From: an uncultured Chloroflexia bacterium
Lineage (GTDB): Bacteria; Chloroflexota; Limnocylindria; Limnocylindrales; CSP1-4
Assembly: GCA_963752475.1 (NCBI GenBank)
Contig: CAVVYR010000007.1
Coordinates: forward strand, 224,001 to 288,000
Length of the DNA stretch: 64,000 nt
Direction of reading: 5' to 3'
Shown here in pieces: positions 10,766 through 18,741 of this stretch. The translations under genes were made by a program, and so were the position numbers. The notes under the pieces are model-generated. The model was given only the letters and a program-made list of their open reading frames with translations, did no database searches and was not told where the DNA came from. Within the stretch, counting starts at the first letter, position 1; the number at the start of each line of letters is the position of its first letter.

Positions 10766-10923
10766 TGACTGCGATAGACATCATTGGCCATGGACCTGCG
10801 GCCGGGTACGTCCAGTTCGAAACTCTGGAGGTTCGCGCGGACAGGCTGCGTGAGCAGCTCGAGCACGTCGAATCGGAGTTCGAAGACCTGACGCCGCAGC
10901 GACGTCAGGCTGGCGGGAGCTAG
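10765..10923 (+). CDS. 52-aa small coiled-coil protein (DUF5320-like tail), absent from the ORF track
   Basis: MTAIDIIGHGPAAGYVQFETLEVRADRLREQLEHVESEFEDLTPQRRQAGGS*; heptad segment aligns with the C-terminus of 18742..19077; stop 4 nt before the radical SAM start. Confidence 0.65.
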   Translation: MTAIDIIGHGPAAGYVQFETLEVRADRLREQLEHVESEFEDLTPQRRQAGGS

Positions 10924-10927
10924 ACCC

Positions 10928-12013
10928 ATGACCTCGGGAGTCGCCACCGGTGGCCCCGCGACGGGAGCCGCCGGGCGCACCAACGAGACCGCGACCGATG
11001 TGTCTGCGCACGCCCATCAGTTGCCGATCGTGTTCGGGCCCGTCCACTCGCGTCGCCTCGGCTGGAGCCTGGGTATCAACAACGTGCCGCCCAAGACGTG
11101 TTCCTACGCCTGCATCTACTGCCAGGTCGGCGCTACCACGCGCGCCAGCATCAGGCGAGAAGCCTATCTCGAGCCGAACCTCGTGGCCGAGTCTGCCCTC
11201 GAGCGCATCAGGGCCTGTCGAGACTCCGGGCAGACCATCGACTACGTCACGTTCGTGCCGGACGGCGAGCCGACATTGGATGTCAACCTCGGCGAGGCGA
11301 TCCGAGCCATCCGCGCGCCGGACGTCCGGGTTGCGGTCCTCACCAACGCCAGCCTGCTCTGGCGCGAGGATGTCAGGGAAGACCTCATCGCTGCCGACTG
11401 GGTGTCGCTCAAGATCGACACCGTGGACGAGCGCACGTGGACGCAACTGAACAGACCCATCCGGCGACTCGATCTCACGGTGGTGCTCGAGGGCGTTCGT
11501 CGCTTCGCTGAGGACTTCCGCGGCTACCTCGCGACCGAGACCATGCTCGTGGCCGGCGTGAACGACGACGAGGACGGTGTGCGAAGCGTGGCCGACTTCG
11601 TGCGGTCGCTCCAGCCCTCCCGTGCCTACATCTCGGTCCCGGTCCGGCCCGCTGTCGTGCCCTGGGTGCGACCGCCCCTGGCTGACGTCGCCTTGCAGGC
11701 CGCCGAGTCGTTCGCAGCGACCGGCCTACGGACCACGCTACTCAGTTGCGATCAGGCCGATACGGGTTTTGCACCAGCGCAAGATGTGATCGAGGGACTG
11801 ATAGGGATCCTCGCCGTGCACCCCATGACCGAGCGGGCGGTACGTGAGTACGTGGCGAGGTCGGCGGTCGAATGGCGACGTGTCGAGGAACTGATCGACG
11901 AGGGCACGCTCATCCGGACGCCGCGTGGCCTGACGACGTACCTGTGCCTTGATCATGCCCGCCTGCGAGGTAGCGACGGCACGATGACGGGCCCCGGGCG
12001 GCAAGGAGCGTGA
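10928..12013 (+). CDS. Radical SAM Fe-S protein (COG0731-like, function unknown)
   Basis: FGPVHSRRLGWSLGIN..CSYACIYC (CxxxCxxC), DGEPTL, ETMLVAGVND. Confidence 0.9.
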   Translation: MTSGVATGGPATGAAGRTNETATDVSAHAHQLPIVFGPVHSRRLGWSLGINNVPPKTCSYACIYCQVGATTRASIRREAYLEPNLVAESALERIRACRDSGQTIDYVTFVPDGEPTLDVNLGEAIRAIRAPDVRVAVLTNASLLWREDVREDLIAADWVSLKIDTVDERTWTQLNRPIRRLDLTVVLEGVRRFAEDFRGYLATETMLVAGVNDDEDGVRSVADFVRSLQPSRAYISVPVRPAVVPWVRPPLADVALQAAESFAATGLRTTLLSCDQADTGFAPAQDVIEGLIGILAVHPMTERAVREYVARSAVEWRRVEELIDEGTLIRTPRGLTTYLCLDHARLRGSDGTMTGPGRQGA

Positions 12014-12016
12014 CCC

Positions 12017-12967
12017 ATGCGAGCGCAAGGACTCCTGTCGTACGTCCTCTGTCTGTCGTTGACGGCCGTGCTGACCCTCGGCGGCTGCACGGGCTCCAGC
12101 GCCGAGATCGACACCGACCGTCCCGTGGTCGTGGCCACGACGACCATCCTCGGCGACCTCGCTTCGCGTGTCGCCGGGGACGAGGCTGTGGTCGAGGTCC
12201 TGATCCCCATCGGCGCTGACCCGTGCACGTACGAGGCGACGTCGGAACAGGCCATGAACCTCCTCCGGGCCGACCTGGTCATCTCGAGCGGCCTTGGCCT
12301 CGAAGCGGGACTGGCTGAGGCTCTGGGCGAGGCGGAGCGCCGAGGCACCCGGATGCTGCGGCTCGGAAACGAGCTCTACCCGCGCCACGTCGGTAGCGCC
12401 GACGAAGCGCTCGACCCCTACTGGTGGATGGATCCCCTGCGCGCCGCGGGCTCGGTCACGCTCATCGCCGACAGCCTGCTCGGGGTCCGCGATGGCGACT
12501 GGGTGACGCGAGCGCTGGAGGCCGACAAGGCGCTCTGCGCTCTCGATGACCAACTTCGCGATGTGCTGCGACGGAGCGGATCCGAGCCGCGGCGCCTCAT
12601 CACGGACGGGCAGGGGCTCGGGTACTTCGCCGAACGATACGACTGCATCGTCACGGACCTGGACCTGTCACCCCTCGAGTCGCTGGGTCCGTCGTCGGTC
12701 ACGATGGCTCCGACCTGGGCTGACGAGTGGTCCGGCGGAAGCGAGAGCCGGATCCCGCTGAACGTGCCGAGACGACGGGGCGTCAGCCTGGTGGACCCCC
12801 ATATGCCAGGCGGCGTGAGCGCGGAGACGGTAAGCGTCTACGTGGACTCGCTCGGAGCGCCGGGATCAGGGGCCGAGACCTACGAAGACATGATGCGCAC
12901 CAACGCGGATCGGATCACCCACGCCGGGCAGAACGTGCTCGTCGAGTGGACGCATCCGGACGTGTAG
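12017..12967 (+). CDS. ZnuA/TroA-fold solute-binding lipoprotein with non-canonical ligands (copy A)
   Basis: LGGC lipobox; VVATTTILGDL, PIGADPCTYE, GLGLE, DPYWWMDP, DSLG..TYEDMMRTN. Confidence 0.8.
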   Translation: MRAQGLLSYVLCLSLTAVLTLGGCTGSSAEIDTDRPVVVATTTILGDLASRVAGDEAVVEVLIPIGADPCTYEATSEQAMNLLRADLVISSGLGLEAGLAEALGEAERRGTRMLRLGNELYPRHVGSADEALDPYWWMDPLRAAGSVTLIADSLLGVRDGDWVTRALEADKALCALDDQLRDVLRRSGSEPRRLITDGQGLGYFAERYDCIVTDLDLSPLESLGPSSVTMAPTWADEWSGGSESRIPLNVPRRRGVSLVDPHMPGGVSAETVSVYVDSLGAPGSGAETYEDMMRTNADRITHAGQNVLVEWTHPDV

Positions 12968-13023
12968 CCAAACGACAGGCGGAGGCCGGATGATCGCCAT
13001 CCGCCGACAACAGGAAGGTGGCA

Positions 13024-14070
13024 ATGGCCATGGAGAAGTCCGAACTCGATCCACGTTCGACCGCTCGTGCGCTCGTGGCGCCGGGCAAGGGGATCCTCGC
13101 CGCCGACGAGTCGTCCCCGACGATCGAGAAACGCTTCAAGTCGGTCGGTGTGGAGTCGACCGAGGAGAACCGGCAGGCATACCGGGAGATGCTCTTCCGC
13201 ACCCCGGGCATCGAGGCCTACATCAGCGGGGTGATCCTCTTCGACGAGACGATCCGGGGTTCGACCTCGGACGGGACTCCCTTTCCCGAGCTGCTGGCGG
13301 CCCGAGGGATCATCCCCGGCATCAAGGTGGACAAGGGCGCGAAGCCGCTGGCCGGGGCCGCGGGCGAGAAGATCACCGAGGGCCTCGACGGCCTGCGCGA
13401 GCGCCTGGTCGAGTACCGGGATCTGGGGGCTCGCTTCACGAAGTGGCGGGCCGTCTACGCCATCGGTCCCGGGACCCCATCTGAGCGGTGCGTCCGCACC
13501 AACGCCGTCGAGCTGGCCCGCTTCGCGGCGCTCTCGCAGGAGGCCGGACTCGTGCCCATCATCGAGCCCGAGGTCTTGATGGATGGGGAACACGACATCG
13601 AGTCGAGTGCGGACGTGACCGGTCACGTCCTGCAGTCCGTCTTCGAGGAGTTGCATGTCCAACGCATCCGGCTCGAGGAGCTCCTGCTCAAGACGAACAT
13701 GGTGCTGTCGGGCTATGACAGCCCGGACCCGGAATCGCCCGACGTGACAGCCCTTTGGACGGTTCGCTGCCTGGCACGCCACGTCCCGGTGGCGGTACCA
13801 GGCGTCGTATTCCTGTCCGGAGGCCAGTCCGAGGAGCTGGCCACGGTGAACCTCGACGCCATCAACCGGCGCGGTGGCCATCCCTGGGAGCTGTCGTTCT
13901 CGTTCGGGCGAGCGCTCCAGTCCAGCGCACTCCGCGCCTGGGCGAACGATCCCACCGATGTCGCCAGCGCCCAAGGTGAGTTGCAGCGGCGCTCCGCCGA
14001 CACGGCTGCGGCGCGGACCGGCTCGTACGTCCCGAGCGATCCACCCACGAACGTCGGCGCCCATGCCTAG
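13024..14070 (+). CDS. Fructose-bisphosphate aldolase class I (Schiff-base, animal/plant type)
   Basis: GKGILAADES, GIKVD, KWR, IEPE, LLKTNMV, FLSGGQSE, SFGRALQ all intact. Confidence 0.95.
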   Translation: MAMEKSELDPRSTARALVAPGKGILAADESSPTIEKRFKSVGVESTEENRQAYREMLFRTPGIEAYISGVILFDETIRGSTSDGTPFPELLAARGIIPGIKVDKGAKPLAGAAGEKITEGLDGLRERLVEYRDLGARFTKWRAVYAIGPGTPSERCVRTNAVELARFAALSQEAGLVPIIEPEVLMDGEHDIESSADVTGHVLQSVFEELHVQRIRLEELLLKTNMVLSGYDSPDPESPDVTALWTVRCLARHVPVAVPGVVFLSGGQSEELATVNLDAINRRGGHPWELSFSFGRALQSSALRAWANDPTDVASAQGELQRRSADTAAARTGSYVPSDPPTNVGAHA

Positions 14071-14094
14071 CCCATCCTCCAGCTGGTCCGGAGC

Positions 14095-14316
14095 CATGGC
14101 CAACGGTGGTTGACGCCCCCTTGCCGGAATCGCAGCCCCGGTTTCCGCCGCCGCTTCTCGGAGACCGGCCGCATCATCGCCAAGGGCCAAGGCAACTACG
14201 AGTCGCTCAGTGAGATGGCGGCTCCGATCCACTTCCTGTTCAAGGTCAAGTGCTCTGTCGTCGCCGAGCACATCGGAGAGCCGGTGGGTACGCACGTGGT
14301 GACCCGCTCCGACTAA
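14095..14316 (+). pseudogene. C-terminal remnant of a DUF89/ARMT1-like damage-control phosphatase
   Basis: SPGFRRRF..IIAKGQGNYESL..IHFLFKVKCSVVAEHIG matches the DUF89 C-terminal KGxGNYE..KC motif; upstream NG-x-DAP is out of frame; N-terminal part absent. Confidence 0.7.
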
Positions 14317-14461
14317 TAGGGCACCTGATGCTCGGTCGCAAGCAGGGCTGTCGGGCGGCATCCGTCCGGCTCGGCCGAAGCGTGGGCCCTACCAGACGGC
14401 ACGGTGATCGGCTGCGGCTCGGCCCGAATCCCAGTCGAGGGTGCGGAAGCGTCTCCGGATG

Positions 14462-15235
14462 TCAGATACGGGAGCGGCCTTGGGCGGCGACCGCGGCCTC
14501 CGCTGCTGCGATCGTCTCGGGATCGCCGAGGTAGCGATGCTCGATCGGTCGGAGCGACCTGTCGAGGCGATAGAGGAGTGGTGTCCCCGTGGGGATGTTC
14601 AGGCCGGCGATCGCCTCGTCATCCAACTGATCGAGGTGTTTGACCAGGGCTCTGAGGCTGTTGCCATGCGCCACCAGCAGGACCCGCTGACCGGCATCGA
14701 GCTGAGGCGCGACCTCGGCATCCCAATACGGGAGGACCCGCTCGATGGTGTCTGCCAGCGACTCGGAACGCGGTAGCAGATCCGTCGCGATGTGGGCATA
14801 GCGCTCGTCCCGCGTCGGCACACGATCATCCCCCGGATCGAGCGCCGGCGGGCGCACCCCGTAGCTGCGGCGCCAGGCATGGACGAGCTCCTCGCCGAGT
14901 CGCTCGGCGGTCTCCGACTTGCTCAGCCCTTGAAGCGCCCCGTAGTGACGCTCGTTGAGCCGCCATGATCTCTGGACCGGGATCCACATCGACTGAAGAT
15001 CATCGAGGACGATCCATAGGGTCCTGATGGCACGCTTCAGGACGGAGGTGAAGGCGACATCGAACCGCAGGTCGGCCTCTCGCAGGTACCGCGCCGCGTC
15101 ATGTGCCTCGGCGATGCCCTGGTCGGTCAGATCGACGTCGGTCCAGCCGGAGAAGCGGTTCTCTCGGTTCCACGTGCTCTCGCCGTGGCGTAGCAGCACG
15201 AGGATCCGCTCAGTGCCGCTGTGGTGCATCGCCAT
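14462..15235 (-). CDS. gpmA: 2,3-bisphosphoglycerate-dependent phosphoglycerate mutase
   Basis: [39 protein letters not shown]. Confidence 0.96.
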   Translation of the reverse strand: MAMHHSGTERILVLLRHGESTWNRENRFSGWTDVDLTDQGIAEAHDAARYLREADLRFDVAFTSVLKRAIRTLWIVLDDLQSMWIPVQRSWRLNERHYGALQGLSKSETAERLGEELVHAWRRSYGVRPPALDPGDDRVPTRDERYAHIATDLLPRSESLADTIERVLPYWDAEVAPQLDAGQRVLLVAHGNSLRALVKHLDQLDDEAIAGLNIPTGTPLLYRLDRSLRPIEHRYLGDPETIAAAEAAVAAQGRSRI

Positions 15236-15249
15236 CTCTGTGCTCCTTC

Positions 15250-15606
15250 CTAGGCCGCGGGCAGCTCGTGGGGCACGGCGTCAGAGGGGCTGCCCCCTCG
15301 CTGGATCGTAAACCGGTAGTCGTCGCCCAGCCTGACATCGAGCAGGGGGTTGCCCGAGGCATGCGTCCACGCGAGCAGGACCAGGACGGAACTCGGGTCA
15401 CTGGACAGGACCTCAAGGACTTCTCCACAGAGGAGACGGCTGATGGCTCGGGAGATCGCGGGCATGGCGTCGGCTACCGAGATCCCGCGTACGTCCGTCC
15501 TGGCGCTCGTGCGGGACTCGCGGTCCTGGGGGACCGTCCGGCCTGGCAGGTCATGGCGCCCGGGCCATGGGAGCCGCAGGAGTGGACCTGATGCGAGGCG
15601 ACTCAT
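15250..15606 (-). CDS. TusA/SirA-fold protein lacking the CPxP cysteine
   Basis: DVRG.......[25 protein letters not shown] pattern; ATGA-coupled to the upstream gene. Confidence 0.65.
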   Translation of the reverse strand: MSRLASGPLLRLPWPGRHDLPGRTVPQDRESRTSARTDVRGISVADAMPAISRAISRLLCGEVLEVLSSDPSSVLVLLAWTHASGNPLLDVRLGDDYRFTIQRGGSPSDAVPHELPAA

Positions 15607-16511
15607 GTCAGAGCCTCAGCGATCCGATCGGCGGTCGTCCACATCATCTCGTAGTAGGTCTCGGCACCGGATCCGGGTCCTCCCAGGGAGCACAGGTCGA
15701 GTGCTACGACCTCCGTGCCCTTGCCCGCCTCGGCAGCGAGAGCTTCGGCGGAGTCCACGGATTTGATGGAGTCGGTGAACACTACGTTGATCCCGTCGGC
15801 CTGCATGATGTCAGCGAGGTCGGCGAGGCTCTCGGGGTCATGCCGTGGACCGGTCGCCCTGCCATCTTCGACGACGCCTCCCACCTCGAAGCCGAAACGG
15901 TCCGCGAAATAACGCAACTCACCGTGCGATGTGAGCAACCGCCGATCGTTGGGTGGAACCCGACCAAGCGCGTTGGCCATCTGTTGGCCGAGCATCGACA
16001 GGTTCGCCGCCACCGCCTCGGCTCTCGGCGCCAGTCTGAGGCACACCGCGGGATCGTCACTCTCCGCGGACAGTCGCTCGGCGATGAGTCGGACCGCTGC
16101 AGCGGCTCGGTTCGGATCCAGCCACCAGTAGGGATCGAGCCTGGTATCGTCCTCTGCTATCGCGAGCGGTCCGAGCATGGCGCCCAACTCGAGGATGGGA
16201 ACGCCCTCGGTGCTGGCCGCGGCGAGAGCGTCGGCGAGGCCAGCCTCCAGGCCGAGTCCGCTGGTGACGATCAGATCAGCGTCGCGCATGTCGGTGGCCT
16301 GGCGGGCCGACGGTCGGAAGTCGCAAGGATCGGCCCCGATGGGCATCAAGACCTCGAGCTGCACCGTGCCGCGACCGATCTGGTCGACGAGATCACCGAC
16401 GATGGACGTCGTCGCGACGACCCGCATCCGGTCCCCCTCGCTCTGGGCGCCCATACATCCGGTCAATGCGAGGGCACTGGCCAGGGCGAAGGTCAGTAGG
16501 CGGATGATCAT
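15603..16511 (-). CDS. ZnuA/TroA-fold solute-binding lipoprotein with non-canonical ligands (copy B)
   Basis: LTGC lipobox; VVATTSIVGDL, PIGADPCDFRPS, DPYWWLDP, TSHGELRYFA, LCSLG..TYYEMM. Confidence 0.85.
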   Translation of the reverse strand: MIIRLLTFALASALALTGCMGAQSEGDRMRVVATTSIVGDLVDQIGRGTVQLEVLMPIGADPCDFRPSARQATDMRDADLIVTSGLGLEAGLADALAAASTEGVPILELGAMLGPLAIAEDDTRLDPYWWLDPNRAAAAVRLIAERLSAESDDPAVCLRLAPRAEAVAANLSMLGQQMANALGRVPPNDRRLLTSHGELRYFADRFGFEVGGVVEDGRATGPRHDPESLADLADIMQADGINVVFTDSIKSVDSAEALAAEAGKGTEVVALDLCSLGGPGSGAETYYEMMWTTADRIAEALT

Positions 16512-16562
16512 GGCTCACACTCCTCATGTCTCGGGATCGGCTGGCCTCGCACGGCGTGCGCG

Positions 16563-17591
16563 TCAGGCTGCAAGGACGACGGCCGGTGTCGTCCGACGGG
16601 CGCGATCACAGGTCGCGAGGCGAGTGGCCCAGCGGCAGAGCATGTCCTGGGCCGCGTGCGCATCCCTGTCATGCCGTGCCCATGCACGCAGCGTGCTCGC
16701 CATGGCGTCCGGGCCCAACGAGTACGACAGCGGCCACGGGAGGTCGCGCCGGCGTTGGATCCTCTCGCAGGATCGCGCAACCACGGCTGCTGGCAACGAC
16801 TCGGCCGAGAGCACCACGCCCGGCACCTCCTCGGGAACCTGCCCTCGGAGACAGCCCAGGGTCGCCATCGCGACCGAGTCGGGATCGACCTTCTGCATGA
16901 AGCCATGGTTCGGCGCGATGAGGCTGGCGCCGATCAGGAGATCCTCGATGCTGGCGTGATGGACGTAGAGCTCGGCGACCAGCGTGGCGAGGGCATCTTC
17001 CATGGTGCGACGGCTCCGCTCGATATCGTGGTCACCGAAGGGGGCGATCCGGACGTCGACGATGGGCAACAGGCCGGCCTGCTGCGAGAGGGTCGCGAAG
17101 TTGGCCAGTCGGACCGCGTTCGTCCTGATGCACGTCTCGGTAGGCATGTCGTGGTCGATGAGGCAGTACGCACGCCAGGTCGCGAACCTCGCACCACGCC
17201 GGCGGTACTGCTCGAGTCGATCGGGGAGATGCTCGATGCCGGCGGTCACGCCCTCGCGGGACGAACCTGTGAACATGCGCTGCCCCAGGTCGACCCGGAT
17301 CCCCGGCATGAGCTGTCGCTCGGCGAGCAGCTCCACGAATGACGGGCCCTTCGTGACTCGCTGTCGGATGGCCTCGTCTGAGAGGACTACCCCGCTGACG
17401 TGCTCTTCGAGGCCCGGGGTCGTGAACAGCATCTGCCGGTATGCTCGCCGGTCCTCCGCGGTCGAGCCGAGCCCGGCCCAGCGGAAGCGTCGCTCCACGA
17501 TCGGGACCGGTTCATCGACCGCGAGGATCACCTTTCTCGGCGCGACCAGGGTCAGTGCCTGGTCCGACAGTTCCTGTGTTGCGCGCTGCAT
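16563..17591 (-). CDS. Class I aldolase homolog with degenerate active site (pseudoenzyme candidate)
   Basis: Co-linear with 13024..14070 (RAYRQMLFTTPG, CIRTNAVRLA) but GIRVD, ATWR, IVDVR, LIGASL, SLGPD replace the catalytic motifs; GAAGGGA RBS before ATG 17591. Confidence 0.8.
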   Translation of the reverse strand: MQRATQELSDQALTLVAPRKVILAVDEPVPIVERRFRWAGLGSTAEDRRAYRQMLFTTPGLEEHVSGVVLSDEAIRQRVTKGPSFVELLAERQLMPGIRVDLGQRMFTGSSREGVTAGIEHLPDRLEQYRRRGARFATWRAYCLIDHDMPTETCIRTNAVRLANFATLSQQAGLLPIVDVRIAPFGDHDIERSRRTMEDALATLVAELYVHHASIEDLLIGASLIAPNHGFMQKVDPDSVAMATLGCLRGQVPEEVPGVVLSAESLPAAVVARSCERIQRRRDLPWPLSYSLGPDAMASTLRAWARHDRDAHAAQDMLCRWATRLATCDRARRTTPAVVLAA

Positions 17592-17678
17592 GGCGTCCCT
17601 TCTGCCTCGCCTGGAGATGGTGTCCGCGGCGCTGTCCGTTGCCTCCACGTGGCACGACTACCCCAGTCGCGTTTGGTT

Positions 17679-17747
17679 AGTGTTTTTAGCATTTGTATGC
17701 GTTTAGCATCTATATGTTAGACGCGTTCCACAAGGGCCGGTAGGCCT
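17679..17747 (-). promoter_or_regulatory. Putative promoter/operator array for the minus-strand operon
   Basis: AT-rich; three variants of the TATGCT-N3-AGCAT motif at 17679, 17696, 17713 (17-bp period); minus strand reads GGCCC-TTGTGG-N17-GATGCT. Confidence 0.65.
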
Positions 17748-17946
17748 CATCGGTCGTGCCCTGCGGACTGGGTCTCCGGATCGAGAGACGTGACATCTCG
17801 ACATCCCGAGCGAGGGATGACAGGAGGCTGTGGAGCGTCCGGATCGGAGGGATAGACGTCAACGGGAGCGCATGGGCGGGTCCGGCATCGACAGGGTCGA
17901 CCGGACGCCACGCCCGGCTCCAAGAGGTTCTCCGACCGGCCACGTG

Positions 17947-17997
17947 ATGCCTTCTGGCCCTTGGCGTCGACTGTGGCACACGTATGCTAAGAGCATG
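17947..17997 (+). promoter_or_regulatory. Putative promoter with island palindrome TATGCTAAGAGCAT
   Basis: GGCCC-TTGGCG-N16-TATGCT, same geometry as 10715-10765. Confidence 0.6.
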
Positions 17998-18165
17998 CAG
18001 ATGTCATTGACGATCTCCCACCGAAGGCAGCAAGAGATGAACCCAGGGACTCGACGACGCGGATACGTGCCTGAGTCGCGCCAGCTTGTCACGCTGGCGA
18101 AGCCTGGTCGCCTGCCACAGGTCCCGGGCCAGACGCCTCCGGAGTTGCTGCTCGAACTGCTCTAG
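17995..18165 (+). CDS. Possible 56-aa small ORF or non-coding transcript
   Basis: ATG 6 nt after TATGCT; no recognisable homology. Confidence 0.25.
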   Translation: MQMSLTISHRRQQEMNPGTRRRGYVPESRQLVTLAKPGRLPQVPGQTPPELLLELL

Positions 18166-18309
18166 GCGTGATGGGTGTGCCCAAGCAGGCTCACCCTACC
18201 CGCCGTGGACAGCACCGCCGTGGCCGTCGAAACGGGGAACGAGGGTTCGACACCAAGCGCTCTCCCGGGACCCGCAGGCTGGCGCAACCTCGATGGAACC
18301 CAAGAGGTG

Positions 18310-18324
18310 TATGCTGTTAGCATA
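18310..18324. promoter_or_regulatory. Island palindrome TATGCTGTTAGCATA over the -10 and start of padR copy 2
   Basis: gtatgct(a/g)ttagcatatgactgcgat shared with 10750-10775. Confidence 0.7.
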
Positions 18325-18740
18325 TGACTGCGATGAACACTGAGCGACGAGTCGGAAGCGGCTGGAGCACACGAGGACACCATCACGGCGCGCACCACAG
18401 TTCACGTCGGGGGCGCTGGGTGGAACCCTTCGTCCTGCTGCTCGTGGCCCAGGGGCCGACCTACGGATACAAGCTCATAGGTGAGTTGGACGAGCTGGGT
18501 GTGGCGCCTGAAGGGATCGATCCCGGGATGGTCTATCGCACCTTGCGAACCATGGACGCAGACGGCCTCGTGACCACAGCATGGGGCCTGGAGGGCGATC
18601 AGCCCCGACGTGAGTACCGCCTCACCGAGGATGGTGCCTGCGCCCTCGAGGACTGGCTCGACGTCATGAACGAGCGGCGACGCCTCATCGACCACTTCAT
18701 CCAGCACGGAGCTGCCATCACACGAGAACAGGGGAGATGA
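18324..18740 (+). CDS. PadR family transcriptional regulator (copy 2), His-rich N-terminus
   Basis: RGRWVEPFVLLLVAQGPTYGY..GMVYRTLR..RREYRLTEDG; GHHHGAHH leader. Confidence 0.92.
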   Translation: MTAMNTERRVGSGWSTRGHHHGAHHSSRRGRWVEPFVLLLVAQGPTYGYKLIGELDELGVAPEGIDPGMVYRTLRTMDADGLVTTAWGLEGDQPRREYRLTEDGACALEDWLDVMNERRRLIDHFIQHGAAITREQGR

Positions 18741-18741
18741 T

